64,000 bases of DNA from an uncultured delta proteobacterium (GTDB lineage: Bacteria; Myxococcota_A; Polyangia; Fen-1088): positions 288,001 to 352,000 of the forward strand of contig CAVWIP010000012.1 in assembly GCA_963755125.1 (NCBI GenBank), given 5' to 3'. Under the pieces are notes generated by a model. That model did not search any database, had not been told where the DNA came from, and saw only the letters and a program-made list of their open reading frames with translations. Made by a program: the position numbers and the translations under genes. Every line of letters begins with the position of its first letter. The stretch's first letter is position 1. Shown one piece after another: positions 29,177-39,345 of this stretch.

Positions 29177-29317
29177 GCAGCAGCGCCCCTCTCATTCATC
29201 CAAGAAGGGACAATGTGTCAGCCCCTGCTTCCCACTCCGAATTCCAGAACCGCCCGCCGCAAGGGCGCGCGCGCATCGGACGTGCTATGAAACAGCCTCT
29301 AGCAAAGGCGCAAGACC

Positions 29318-30310
29318 ATGCTGCACCGAAAACACGTGGACGCCAAGGGCAACTGGGTGACCTTTCGGCCCGACATCAAGATCCTCGACTGCACCATCCG
29401 CGACGGCGGTCTGATGAACGGCCACCAGTTCGACGAAACCTTTGTCAAGGCCGTCTATGATACCTGCGCGGCCGCCGGCGTGGACTACTGCGAACTGGGC
29501 TACAAGGGGTCCAAGCGCATCTTCGCGCCGGGCGAGCACGGGGCCTGGAAGTACTGTGACGAAGACGCGCTCCGCCGCATCGTGGGCGAGGGGCCGCGCC
29601 CGCTCCGCATCTCGGTCATGGCTGACGTGGATCGCACCGATTACCACACCGACATCCTGCCCAAGGACAAGAGCGTCATCGATTGCGTGCGCGTCGCCTG
29701 CTACATCAACCAGATTCCGGGCGCGGTCGACATGATCAAGGACGCCCACGACAAGGGCTACGAGACCACGCTCAACCTGATGGCCATCTCCAAGGTCCAG
29801 GACCGCGAACTGGAAGAGGCGCTGGCGGTTCTGGCCAAGAGCCCGGTGGACACGGTCTACGTGGTCGACAGCAACGGCGCGCTCTACTCCGAGCAGATTC
29901 ACGACCTGGTGCTCGGTTTCCTGTCAGCGCTGGACGGCACCGGCAAGCACATCGGCATCCATGCCCACAACAACATGCAGCTTGCCTACGCCAACACCGT
30001 CGAGGCGCTCATCGTGGGCGCCGACCGTCTGGACGCCACCATCGCCGGGCTTGGGCGCGGCGCGGGCAACTGCGCGCTCGAACTGCTGCTGGCGTTCCTC
30101 AAGAATCCCAAGTTCCACCTGCGCCCGGTTATCCAGTGCATCGAGCAGCACTTCGTGCCCTTGGCCCAGGAGCTGGACTGGGGCTACAGCATCCCGTACC
30201 TCATCACCGGCATGCTCAACGAACACCCGCGCGCGGCCATTCAGGTGCGCGAAGGCGAGCACAAGGACGCGTACTTGGCTTTCTACGACCAGATGGTCGA
30301 GAAGGACTAG
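29318..30310 (+). CDS. DRE-TIM metallolyase (HMGL-like, 4-hydroxy-2-oxovalerate aldolase-like catalytic domain)
   Basis: DCTIRDGG, VDSNG, GIHAHNNMQLAYAN, GLGRGAGNC. Confidence 0.88.
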   Translation: MLHRKHVDAKGNWVTFRPDIKILDCTIRDGGLMNGHQFDETFVKAVYDTCAAAGVDYCELGYKGSKRIFAPGEHGAWKYCDEDALRRIVGEGPRPLRISVMADVDRTDYHTDILPKDKSVIDCVRVACYINQIPGAVDMIKDAHDKGYETTLNLMAISKVQDRELEEALAVLAKSPVDTVYVVDSNGALYSEQIHDLVLGFLSALDGTGKHIGIHAHNNMQLAYANTVEALIVGADRLDATIAGLGRGAGNCALELLLAFLKNPKFHLRPVIQCIEQHFVPLAQELDWGYSIPYLITGMLNEHPRAAIQVREGEHKDAYLAFYDQMVEKD

Positions 30311-30414
30311 CCAAGTTCCGCTTGAGGCACCGAGGTGACGACGGCCGACGATCCGTGCCGCGCTGAAACGCAGCGAAGATCGACACGTCGTTATTGAAGT
30401 GAGGCGCTCGACCT

Positions 30415-31689
30415 TTGCCAGTCGACAGTTGCAAGCGCTTGCTTTCGGCGGCCACAAGGAAAGCTTCTCTGCTGGCGACGCTGGTTTGCGTTCTGGCGCC
30501 GGGCAGCGCCGTGGCCGGCGAGTTGCGTGCGGCCTCGCCCGGCGAGCTGACCGCTGCGCTCGACGTTCTTGGCGACGCCGACCTGATCGTGCTGACCGAT
30601 CCCGGTCAAAGGCCGGCGCACCTGCGCTTGGCCACGCGGGTGATCGCCCCGGTGGACCGCGTTCGGGCCATGCTGGTGGACCTGGCCGCCTACCGATCCG
30701 CCTTGCCTGCCCTGCGCCGGCTCGAATTCGAGGCGGCGGACAAGCGCCGCTCGGGGTCGGGCCGACTGTCGGAAGGCATGGTGGCCTGGGAACTGGAGGT
30801 TCCGCTGTGGAATCTCGACGGCAAGTTCTGGATGCAGCCCACGCCCACGGGCGCCGACCTCATCGTGATGGAAGGCGACTTCTCTCCCGGTTTGGTCCGA
30901 CTGTCCGCCACGCCAGAGCCAGCCGGCACCACCTTGCTGTCGATGGATGCCCACGCGAACCTGCGCGACGCGAACTGGATCACCAAGCGGATGGTCAAGC
31001 GCAACGCCCTGGCCGAGCCGGGCCTGGCCGCTGCCGCCTTCTACGTCGTGCTACGGGCCCTGCGCTTGCAGGCCGAACACGTGGGCGACGCGCCGGACGC
31101 GCGCCGGCACCCGGCGACGGCGCCGTCGCCGCCTGCACTGTCGGAGCTTGATGGTGCGTGCCTCGCCCGACTGGCAGGTGCAGGATTCCAGGCTCCTGCG
31201 CTGCTGGCCGCGGTTCGCAGCCGCGGCAACGGCCGCCTGTTCGTCGTCCAGATCCTCGCTCTTTCCCGACTTGTTGCCGGCGCTGCCGCGAGCCTGGTCG
31301 CCCGACCTCAGACCTGGCAAGTCCTGCCTGGCTGGCACAAGCTCAGCCCTGGCAAGCCCGCCGGAGATTGCAGCAACGCCACCTGCTGGAAGGTCGATGC
31401 CAGCTTTCCGTTTCTCGATCTCGACGCGACCTGGAAGGTCGGGACGCAGCCTTGGCGCGCAGTCGCCCTGGCAGGGGCCTGCCAAGGGGCAGAGATGGGT
31501 CTGGATCTCGTTCCTTCCGGTGCAGTCACGGCGGTCGTGCTGTCGCTCTACCCGCGCCTGGAAAAAGCCGGCTATGTTCCGCGCAAGTCGATCGAGTCCG
31601 AGCCGCTGTTAGAGCACGGATTGTCGCTTGGCCTGGCCGTGGTCTATACGATCAGCCTGCTGCGCGCGTTGGACGCGAACGAGCGGTAA
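30415..31689 (+). CDS. Exported hypothetical protein, possibly two START/SRPBCC-like domains
   Basis: Signal peptide; APVDRVRAMLVDLAAYRSALP ... WELEVPLW ... MEGDF pattern loosely repeated in the second half. Confidence 0.5.
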   Translation: MPVDSCKRLLSAATRKASLLATLVCVLAPGSAVAGELRAASPGELTAALDVLGDADLIVLTDPGQRPAHLRLATRVIAPVDRVRAMLVDLAAYRSALPALRRLEFEAADKRRSGSGRLSEGMVAWELEVPLWNLDGKFWMQPTPTGADLIVMEGDFSPGLVRLSATPEPAGTTLLSMDAHANLRDANWITKRMVKRNALAEPGLAAAAFYVVLRALRLQAEHVGDAPDARRHPATAPSPPALSELDGACLARLAGAGFQAPALLAAVRSRGNGRLFVVQILALSRLVAGAAASLVARPQTWQVLPGWHKLSPGKPAGDCSNATCWKVDASFPFLDLDATWKVGTQPWRAVALAGACQGAEMGLDLVPSGAVTAVVLSLYPRLEKAGYVPRKSIESEPLLEHGLSLGLAVVYTISLLRALDANER

Positions 31690-31727
31690 CGACGCCACAT
31701 CAGGCGGTGAGCGTAGCTCGTCGGCGG

Positions 31728-32288
31728 TCAGTTCGAACAGAAGCCAACCGTGTTTGACGTCCCCAGCTTCTGGCAGAGGGGCGTGGTGCTGCCCTCGCAT
31801 CCCGTGATGGGCTGATTCATCTGGCATATGCTTGCACAAATGAGACTCGGAGTGCAGGTCAGCCCGGGCGCGCACAGTGCCGGCCCAGTACACTGCGCTA
31901 GCGCGGGAAGAACGCCGGCTGGTTGACAGCTCCCTGTACCGTCCGGGTTCGGGTAGCACCCGTTGTTGGCTCCGCAGCTCGTCGTGACGAGGACGTTGCA
32001 AGCTGATCCTATGTTGCCCACATCAGGCGGCGCTACCTCAGATGACGCATCTGACACTCCCCCGCCGTCAGGGGTGTTCGCCCCCACGCCCCCGATGCCC
32101 GTCCCTTCCGTGCCATCGCCCGTGAGGGTGACCACACCGGAGCCGGGGACGGTGCGCGTGGGCGGAGTTGTCGCCGCGGGCTCCGGCGGATTCGGGAAGG
32201 TCGTGTCGTCATGCACAATGCACGCAAGCAACACTACGCAGGCTCCTGCGAACGCGATTGCCAATGGTCTCATTAACCTGATGTGCAT
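31728..32288 (-). CDS. Cys-rich lipoprotein, hypothetical
   Basis: MHIRLMRPLAIAFAGACVVLLAC lipobox, Pro/Thr/Gly linker, Cys-rich C-domain. Confidence 0.7.
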   Translation of the reverse strand: MHIRLMRPLAIAFAGACVVLLACIVHDDTTFPNPPEPAATTPPTRTVPGSGVVTLTGDGTEGTGIGGVGANTPDGGGVSDASSEVAPPDVGNIGSACNVLVTTSCGANNGCYPNPDGTGSCQPAGVLPALAQCTGPALCAPGLTCTPSLICASICQMNQPITGCEGSTTPLCQKLGTSNTVGFCSN

Positions 32289-32570
32289 CTTGCCTCCTCG
32301 CACACAGCCGACGCGGCAGCACAGGAAGGAACCTTTGACAGGCCCGCTACCACTATCGCCACCTTCCACGTGAGTCGCATACGATTTCTCCTAATTATAC
32401 CGGGTTCGTCAAATTGCGGCACCATCCTACATTCTCCCACTTCCCGCTTTTGCCCGATGTCTTTGCGGGCGGAGACGAAGAAACCTTTTTGCTTCGCGGC
32501 CAAAGACGTTCAAAATCGTGCCTGGTTGTTTGCGAAATTGTCTATCCAACTCCCCGGAGTGCCTGCATTC

Positions 32571-33506
32571 ATGCCTAGACTGATCGTCTTTTCATCTATC
32601 GCGTGCTTGTCACTCGTCGCCGCCTGCGTAAACACCAGCCAGCCCGCCAAGGTGGCCGCCTGCGCGCCAAATTGCTCTGACAACCCAGGTGGCTCAGGTG
32701 GAGGCGGCACGTCGGAAACTGGGGGCGTGGGTGGCAAAGGCGGAACCACAAACAGCGGTGGAAACACGAACACCACCGGCGGAACCACAGGCGGCGGAGG
32801 AACCACGAACACCACCGGCGGAACGACAAGCGGCGCCGGAACCACAAGCAGCGGTGGATCTACGAGCAGCGGCGGATCCACGAACACCACCGGCGGAACG
32901 ACAAGCGGCGCCGGAACCACAAGCAGCGGCGGATCCACAAGCAGCGGCGGATCCACGGACACGGGCGGCGCAACCGCTGGCACCGGCGGCAGCTCGTCGG
33001 GATCGGATGACGCTGGCACGGACGCCCCGGTCTCGGGCCCAGAGACGGGATCCCCCGCCGACACCAAGCCGTTCCAACCGGATGCGTTCGTGCAAACCGA
33101 CACCCCGCCCGGCACGCCCGACGCAAGCGGGCCGGAACCCGGACCTGAACCGGGACCGGATGCCGCGCGTGACATCGCACGAGATCTCGCGGTCGATCTG
33201 ACGCCTGACACTTCACCGCCACGCCCCGAGGCTGGCCTCGACGCAGGCACTTGCATCCAGAGGTTCCAGTCCAACGGCTACTCCCTCGGGACGGATGCGA
33301 GCCCCGCAGCCTGCAGTGGCTGTTTCGATAACTTGACCTCCATGGAGTCGCAGTGCAAAGCCATGATCGATTGCATTCAGCCTTCCTGGCCTTCCTGCAC
33401 ACGAGCCTCGTCTTGCTGGACCAGCTGCCAAAACACGAGTGGTAGTGACTCGGTGGTCGAGACCTGCGTCGCGAATCTCGTCAGTGCGGCGTGCGGCACG
33501 CACTGA
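32571..33506 (+). CDS. Lipoprotein with Gly/Thr/Ser repeat linker and Cys-rich C-terminal domain
   Basis: MPRLIVFSSIACLSLVAAC lipobox; duplicated TTGGTTSGAGTTSSGGSTSSGGST block; acidic Pro-rich linker. Confidence 0.75.
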   Translation: MPRLIVFSSIACLSLVAACVNTSQPAKVAACAPNCSDNPGGSGGGGTSETGGVGGKGGTTNSGGNTNTTGGTTGGGGTTNTTGGTTSGAGTTSSGGSTSSGGSTNTTGGTTSGAGTTSSGGSTSSGGSTDTGGATAGTGGSSSGSDDAGTDAPVSGPETGSPADTKPFQPDAFVQTDTPPGTPDASGPEPGPEPGPDAARDIARDLAVDLTPDTSPPRPEAGLDAGTCIQRFQSNGYSLGTDASPAACSGCFDNLTSMESQCKAMIDCIQPSWPSCTRASSCWTSCQNTSGSDSVVETCVANLVSAACGTH

Positions 33507-33685
33507 CCCGTCGTCTTTTCGTGACTGGCCCGTCCCCTGCAGCGCCGCGAAACCGTTGGCGCAAGATCCTCCACCCGTGGCACAATAGCGCCTTGTTCCG
33601 TCAAAGAATCTCTTTGCCAGCCGCCGGATGGCGCATGACCTTCGCCAAAGTGAAACCGACGCTTCAAGAGGAATGGACCTCTTCC

Positions 33686-35203
33686 GTGCGAACACTGCTC
33701 ATCGCCACGTCGTTGTGTTCGCTGAGCCTGTTCGCTTCCTGTGTGAGCCTGGACAAGCCGGCGCCCGTCGCCGCCTGCGAGAAAGCCGGTTTTTGCCCGG
33801 CCCAGGTTGACAGTCCCGTGGGCGTCGCGGGCGATGTTCCGGTTGCGCAGAACGAAGACGGCGGTGCGCTGGACGAATACCCGGAAGAAACCTCGACCGG
33901 CGTGCGCCTCGATGGCGCGCTGGATGGAGTCGACGCCGCCGGTGATGGCCTGCCCGATGCGCCGCAGGTTGGCCTGGATGCCATCGGCACCGGCACGAAC
34001 ACGTCCACCGGCACCGGCACCGACACAGGGGGAGGCACGTCGACGCTCACCACGACCGGAACGGGTACCGATACGTCGACCACGACCCCCGACGCAGCCG
34101 TCGATGTTCCACCAGACACGCTGCCGGACGCGGGACAAGGCGAGGTCCCCATCCTCAGCGGAACCTGCGCCATCGACGGCAATCCGGCGCCTGCGCAAAC
34201 TGTCTGCCGGGTGGCCGCCGGACCCTGTGATGTCGCCGAGGTCTGCGACGGCGTGAGCACGGCTTGTCCCCTCGACAAGTTCCAGGCCGCCACCGTGGTC
34301 TGCCGTCCCGCGGCCGGCGCCTGCGACGTGCCAGAGAACTGCACCGGGTCGTCCGCGGCGTGCCCCACCGACAAGTTCCTGGCCAAAGGCGCCGTGTGCC
34401 GCGCAGCGGTTTCGCTGTGCGATGTGGCCGACTTCTGCGACGGCGTCAGCGCCGCTTGTCCTGCCGATGCCTTTTCGCCGGCAGGCACGCCGTGCCGCGC
34501 CTCCACTGATGGCGACATCTGTGACCCGCCGGAATCCTGTGCCGGCACCAGCAACGCGTGCCCGGCCGACGCCAAGTACACCCGACCAGCGGCACCACCC
34601 ACGGGGGTTGCCGTCGAGCCCGGAACCCTGCAGGCCGACGTGTCCTGGAGCATGATCACCGGCGACGCAGGCATCGGGGTTACGGGCTACAACGTCAAGA
34701 GCAGTACCATCTCGGGAGCTGGCTACGCCATCCGGGGATCGCCCGCCGCTTCTCCCTTCACCGTGACCCCTATCACGGCCAACCAGACCTACTATTTCGT
34801 GGTGTCGGCCTACTCGGGCCAGCCTTCGTGTGAATCTCCCAATTCCTCCGAGGTCAGTGCCATGTCCTGTGTGGCCACCGCTCCCGCTGCGCTCACGGCC
34901 ACCCCGGACAGCGAGGGCCACGTGGCCTTGGCGTGGACTTCGGCGGTCGGCGCGGTTTCCTACAACGTCTCGCGCAGCACGACCTCGGGCAGCGGATACA
35001 CGGTTGTGGCCAGCGGACTTTCGACGACGACTTTCACGGACAGTCCAGTCGTTCCCGCGAGCGGAAGCACAACCTACTACTACGTGGTGCGGGCCAACAC
35101 CGGAAACTGCAATTCTCCCTATTCGCCGCAAGCGACGGCCGTGGTCGCATCCGCGCACGTAGACGCGGGCGCGGACGGCGCCGCGGACACCTTCGAAGAC
35201 TGA
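33686..35203 (+). CDS. Lipoprotein with four disintegrin-like Cys repeats and two fibronectin type III domains
   Basis: GTG start, LFASC lipobox; CRxAxxxCDVxExCxGxSxACPxD repeats; FN3 motifs VSWS...YNVK...YYFVV and LAWT...YNVSR...YYYVV. Confidence 0.8.
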   Translation: MRTLLIATSLCSLSLFASCVSLDKPAPVAACEKAGFCPAQVDSPVGVAGDVPVAQNEDGGALDEYPEETSTGVRLDGALDGVDAAGDGLPDAPQVGLDAIGTGTNTSTGTGTDTGGGTSTLTTTGTGTDTSTTTPDAAVDVPPDTLPDAGQGEVPILSGTCAIDGNPAPAQTVCRVAAGPCDVAEVCDGVSTACPLDKFQAATVVCRPAAGACDVPENCTGSSAACPTDKFLAKGAVCRAAVSLCDVADFCDGVSAACPADAFSPAGTPCRASTDGDICDPPESCAGTSNACPADAKYTRPAAPPTGVAVEPGTLQADVSWSMITGDAGIGVTGYNVKSSTISGAGYAIRGSPAASPFTVTPITANQTYYFVVSAYSGQPSCESPNSSEVSAMSCVATAPAALTATPDSEGHVALAWTSAVGAVSYNVSRSTTSGSGYTVVASGLSTTTFTDSPVVPASGSTTYYYVVRANTGNCNSPYSPQATAVVASAHVDAGADGAADTFED

Positions 35204-35911
35204 TCACCCGAAGATATCGAGACACTGGCCGGTCATGGTCGTCGGTGCGTCTGCGGCCAGGAACAACGCCGCCTGCGCCACCTCGGCCGGCGTCATCTCG
35301 GGTTTGGCGCCGGGCCGACCGACGGCCAGCATCGCGGTGTCCACTGATCCGGGGCAGATAGCGTTCACCGCGATGCCGTCGGACCGCAACTCCTCGGCCA
35401 AGGCCCGAGTCAGTCCGACCACGCCGTGCTTGGCCGCGCAGTACGCGCCCAGAAGAGGCGTGCCCCGACGGCCGGCTATCGATGCAAGGTTGATGATCCG
35501 GCCGCGACCTCGACCGCGCAGCGAGGGCAAGAACGCCTGGGTGACCAGGAACACGCTTTTCAAGTTCGCGGCCAGCACGTCGTCCCAGGTTTCTTCTGGC
35601 AGCGTCTCGATGCTTGCCCGCGCGACGCTGCCGGCGTTGTTCACCAGGATGTCGGGCGCGCCCAGGCGGGCGAGCACGAAGTCGCGGAAGCGAATGACCT
35701 CTTCGCGGCGTCGCACGTCGCAGGCAGCGACCAGATGCCGCGCGCGTTCCGCGCGATCGAGTTCGTCAAGAAAGGTTTCCCCGCTCACCTGGCGTGCACA
35801 TCCCGCCACGGCTGCGCCCTCGCTCGCCAGCAGCGCCGCGATGGCTCGGCCGATGCCACGCGAGACGCCGGTGACCACCGCCACTCTGCCCGCCAGCTTG
35901 CCTGCGCTCAT
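35204..35911 (-). CDS. Short-chain dehydrogenase/reductase
   Basis: TGVSRGIG, NNAG, YCAAK, NAICPG. Confidence 0.93.
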   Translation of the reverse strand: MSAGKLAGRVAVVTGVSRGIGRAIAALLASEGAAVAGCARQVSGETFLDELDRAERARHLVAACDVRRREEVIRFRDFVLARLGAPDILVNNAGSVARASIETLPEETWDDVLAANLKSVFLVTQAFLPSLRGRGRGRIINLASIAGRRGTPLLGAYCAAKHGVVGLTRALAEELRSDGIAVNAICPGSVDTAMLAVGRPGAKPEMTPAEVAQAALFLAADAPTTMTGQCLDIFG

Positions 35912-36492
35912 CGCACGCGCCCACCCAAGTTCGCGGCCGCCAGCAGCCGCGCCTTGAGGTCGGGCCGCTCGCGCATCTCGCCCACAAAGGCGCTGGTGAC
36001 CACGCCCGACTGGTCGTGGCGTTCACCGGGCAGAGCCAGGCAAAGCTGCTCGGCCTCGATCGCGCAGCCAGCGCCGCGCGCACCCAGGCCGTGCCACAGT
36101 GCCTCGGCGATTTGGTGGGTGGCCCGTTCCTGCAGGGTGAGACGCTTGGTGAAACACTCGACCAGATCGGCCAGGCGGCCGAAGCCGACCAGCTTTCCCG
36201 CCGGCAGGTACGCCACGTGCGCGACTCCGCGGTAGGGCAGAAGGTGGTGGGGGCACATGGCATGAAAGCGCAGTCCGCCCACCACGACCACGTCGGGGTC
36301 AGCCTCGCCCAGCACCGGCTCGCCGAGAATCTGCGCCGGATCCATGTCGTAGCCGGCGAGAAACTCGCGCTGCCACACCTCCGCCACGCGTTCCGGTGTG
36401 CGCGCCAGGTCGGGATCCTTGTCCACATCGCGGCCCGCGGCCCGAAGCAGCGCCTGCACCGCCGCACGCAAGGCTTTCGCATCAGAGGCCAC
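35908..36492 (-). CDS. folE: GTP cyclohydrolase I
   Basis: TPERVA, MCPHHLLPY, AHVAYLP, RLTLQERAT, EQLC. Confidence 0.9.
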   Translation of the reverse strand: MASDAKALRAAVQALLRAAGRDVDKDPDLARTPERVAEVWQREFLAGYDMDPAQILGEPVLGEADPDVVVVGGLRFHAMCPHHLLPYRGVAHVAYLPAGKLVGFGRLADLVECFTKRLTLQERATHQIAEALWHGLGARGAGCAIEAEQLCLALPGERHDQSGVVTSAFVGEMRERPDLKARLLAAANLGGRVR

Positions 36493-36499
36493 GCTGCTC

Positions 36500-37126
36500 C
36501 TATAGCCCGCCGTCGAGGTGGACCAGCGGATAGCCAGCCGCGGTCCACGCGGTCATGCCGCCGGTGAGCTCCCAAATGTTGCGATAGCCATAGGGAGGAG
36601 CAACCAGCGTGTCTCCCGCCTGCTTGCTCATGCCGCCCATGAGACAGGTGAGTACGACCTTGGTATCGAGGTTGGGGCCGATGAATTGAACCAGGGCAGG
36701 GATGTTGTCGTAGGCGATGCGCGCGTCGGTGCCGGGAATGCTTCCGGCGTTGGGGTAGTGGACGTCGATGAGCAAGAAGTCCTTGTTGGCGAGGGCGTCG
36801 TGGAGTTGCTGGGGCGACATCTCGCCCAGGGTGGCCAGAAGGCTGTCGATGGGTATCCCGCCATCAAACGGCGCGGCCGCCGTGTCAACGCTGCCGTCGG
36901 AAGGCGAAATCGCTGCCTCGGATCCCGCCTCCACCGTAGCGATTGGCGCGTCGATTGAAGTTCCAGCTTCGCTGGGGTTGCCGGCATCGGCGGGCGAGGC
37001 CGCCTCGGCGCTCGCGACCCCGCTATCGACAAACGAGGCCGCGCCGTCGGACCCGCTGCGGCTACCCGACCCGCAACCGGAAAGGTCCACGCTGATGATC
37101 AATAGCAGCACAAATTTGATGTTCAT
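36500..37126 (-). CDS. Rhodanese-domain lipoprotein
   Basis: LSGC lipobox, acidic linker, LLIDV, IPG, CLMGGMS active loop, LTGGMTAW. Confidence 0.8.
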   Translation of the reverse strand: MNIKFVLLLIISVDLSGCGSGSRSGSDGAASFVDSGVASAEAASPADAGNPSEAGTSIDAPIATVEAGSEAAISPSDGSVDTAAAPFDGGIPIDSLLATLGEMSPQQLHDALANKDFLLIDVHYPNAGSIPGTDARIAYDNIPALVQFIGPNLDTKVVLTCLMGGMSKQAGDTLVAPPYGYRNIWELTGGMTAWTAAGYPLVHLDGGL

Positions 37127-37179
37127 GCGCAGGAGTCCCTCTCTGCCGCGAAGACTAGCACCGAACCGCGCCCACGCGC

Positions 37180-39285
37180 TCACTCGCACACGTCGTAGGT
37201 TTCGAACTGCATGGTGTAGTTGGCGCGGCCCTGGGTGGCCGAGCGCAGATCGGTCGAGTAGCCGAACATGCGGCGCAGCGGCACCTTGGCGATGATCAGG
37301 CGCTGTGAGCCGCGCACGCCCACGTCCTCGATGCGAGCCCGGCGCGCGTTGAGATCGCCCACCACGCCACCCACGCTGGCCTCGGGTGCGGTGACCTCCA
37401 CCTTCATGATGGGCTCGAGCAGACGGGTGCCCGCCTCGCGCGAGGCCAGGCGCAAGGCTTCGCCCACCGCGGCCCGCTGGCCAGCGGGACTGGAGGCGTC
37501 GGGCCGGTACTCGATGCCGATGACCGACACCTCGATGTCCTCGAAGGGATAGCCTTCCGGCCCGGAACGCATGGCCTCGGTGGCGCCCTCCAGTGCGGCG
37601 TCGAGGATGGCACGCGGTGTGTCTGGAATGCGAGGCGCGCCCGGTAGCGACTCGATCTTCGCCAAAGCCAAACTGACGTGGTTACCGGTGCCACGTGGCC
37701 TCGGCGCCACCCGCACCCGGGCCTGCCCGAAGACTTTCTCGTCCTCGACCTCGCGCTCGAAGCGCGCTTCGGCCTCGGCCGCCTTGGCCAAGGTTTCGCG
37801 GTACACGACCTGGGGCCGGCCCACATGCGCGTCCACGCCGTACTCGCGGCGCAGGCGGTCCACCATGATGTCGAGGTGGAGCTCACCCATGCCCCGGATG
37901 ATGGTCTGGCCCGTCTCGGGATCCTCGCCGGTGCGGAAGGTGGGATCCTCGTCGGCCAGCTTGGCCAGGCCGAAGTCGAGCTTCTCCTTCTCCGCCTGGG
38001 TCTTGGGCTCGATGGCGCGGGCGATGACCGGCTCGCGCGCGGCGATGCGCTCGAGCAGGATGGGTGCCTTGGGCGAGCATATGGTGTCGCCCGTGCCCGC
38101 GTCCTTGAGTCCCATCGCCACCACGATGGTACCCGCGCCCGCGCGCTCGATGCGCTCGCGTCGGTTGGCATGTGCGGAAAAAAGGCGGCTGACCTTCTCG
38201 TTGCGTCGGGTGCGCGCGTTCTGCACTTCGTCGCCCGGTTTCAGCACGCCCGAGTAGATGCGCAGGTACACGGTCTTGCGTCCCTCGTCCATGGCCACCT
38301 TGAAGGCAAGCGCGCAAAAGGGCGCGTTGTCGTCGGAGGCGCGGGTGACGACTTCATCGTGGCCCGGCACGTGTCCGGTGATGGGCGGCACCTCGGTGGG
38401 CGCGGGCAGAAAGTCACAAACCGCATCGAGCAGGGGCTGCACGCCCTTGTTGCGCAGGGCCGAGCCAGCCAGCACGGGGACCATCTTGCAGGCAATCGTG
38501 CCCTTGCGCAGGGCCGTCACCAACGCAGCCGTCTCCACCGGCTTGCCCTCGAGATACGCGGCTGCGATGCTGTCGTCGAAGTCCGCCGCGGCTTCGACCA
38601 GTTTCTCGCGCGCGGCGGCCACGGCCTCGACCATGGACAAGGGCACGCCATCCTCGCGCGGTGGATCGTCTTCTGCGCCCGAGAAGAAGATGGCGCGCTC
38701 GCGGATCAGATCCACCACCCCGGCGAACTGGTCCTCGGCGCCGATGGGAAGCTGGACCGGCACCGGCCGCGCGCCCAGGCGGGTGTGGATCTCGTCGACC
38801 ACGGCGCGAAAGTCTGCCCCGGGACGGTCCATCTTGTTGATGAACGCGAGGCGCGGCACGTGGAACTGGTCGGCCTGGTGCCACACCGTCTCGGACTGTG
38901 GCTCCACCCCGGACACGGCACAGAAGACGACCACCGCGCCGTCGAGCACGCGCAGCGAGCGTTCCACCTCGATGGTGAAATCCACGTGGCCGGGCGTATC
39001 GATGAGGTGGATGTCGTGCGTCTCGCCCGAGCGCTTCCATTCCAGCGTGGTCGCAGCAGCGGTGATGGTGATGCCGCGTTCGCGCTCTTGCGGCATCCAG
39101 TCCATCTGCGCTTCACCGTCGTGAACCTCGCCGATCTTGTGGATGCGCCCGGCGTAGTACAGGAAGCGCTCGGTGACCGTGGTCTTGCCCGCGTCGATGT
39201 GGGCCACGATTCCGATGTTGCGCACGCGCGCCAGCCTGGACAGCTTGCGGGGTTTGGCGACTGGGCTTGGTGTTTCGTCGGACAT
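37180..39285 (-). CDS. fusA: Elongation factor G (stand-alone copy outside the str operon)
   Basis: [54 protein letters not shown]. Confidence 0.95.
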   Translation of the reverse strand: MSDETPSPVAKPRKLSRLARVRNIGIVAHIDAGKTTVTERFLYYAGRIHKIGEVHDGEAQMDWMPQERERGITITAAATTLEWKRSGETHDIHLIDTPGHVDFTIEVERSLRVLDGAVVVFCAVSGVEPQSETVWHQADQFHVPRLAFINKMDRPGADFRAVVDEIHTRLGARPVPVQLPIGAEDQFAGVVDLIRERAIFFSGAEDDPPREDGVPLSMVEAVAAAREKLVEAAADFDDSIAAAYLEGKPVETAALVTALRKGTIACKMVPVLAGSALRNKGVQPLLDAVCDFLPAPTEVPPITGHVPGHDEVVTRASDDNAPFCALAFKVAMDEGRKTVYLRIYSGVLKPGDEVQNARTRRNEKVSRLFSAHANRRERIERAGAGTIVVAMGLKDAGTGDTICSPKAPILLERIAAREPVIARAIEPKTQAEKEKLDFGLAKLADEDPTFRTGEDPETGQTIIRGMGELHLDIMVDRLRREYGVDAHVGRPQVVYRETLAKAAEAEARFEREVEDEKVFGQARVRVAPRPRGTGNHVSLALAKIESLPGAPRIPDTPRAILDAALEGATEAMRSGPEGYPFEDIEVSVIGIEYRPDASSPAGQRAAVGEALRLASREAGTRLLEPIMKVEVTAPEASVGGVVGDLNARRARIEDVGVRGSQRLIIAKVPLRRMFGYSTDLRSATQGRANYTMQFETYDVCE

Positions 39286-39295
39286 GGACGCGCGG

Positions 39296-39332
39296 ATTAT
39301 AGGAAGTCGACCGTCGTCAGTCGACAATCAAC
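39296..39332 (-). promoter_or_regulatory. Consensus -10 TATAAT 10 nt before the fusA ATG, preceded by four degenerate GTCGACT heptamers
   Basis: Minus strand: gttgatt gtcgact gacgacg gtcgact tcc TATAAT ccgcgcgtcc ATG. Confidence 0.6.
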
Positions 39333-39345
39333 CGTTTTGGTTCAA

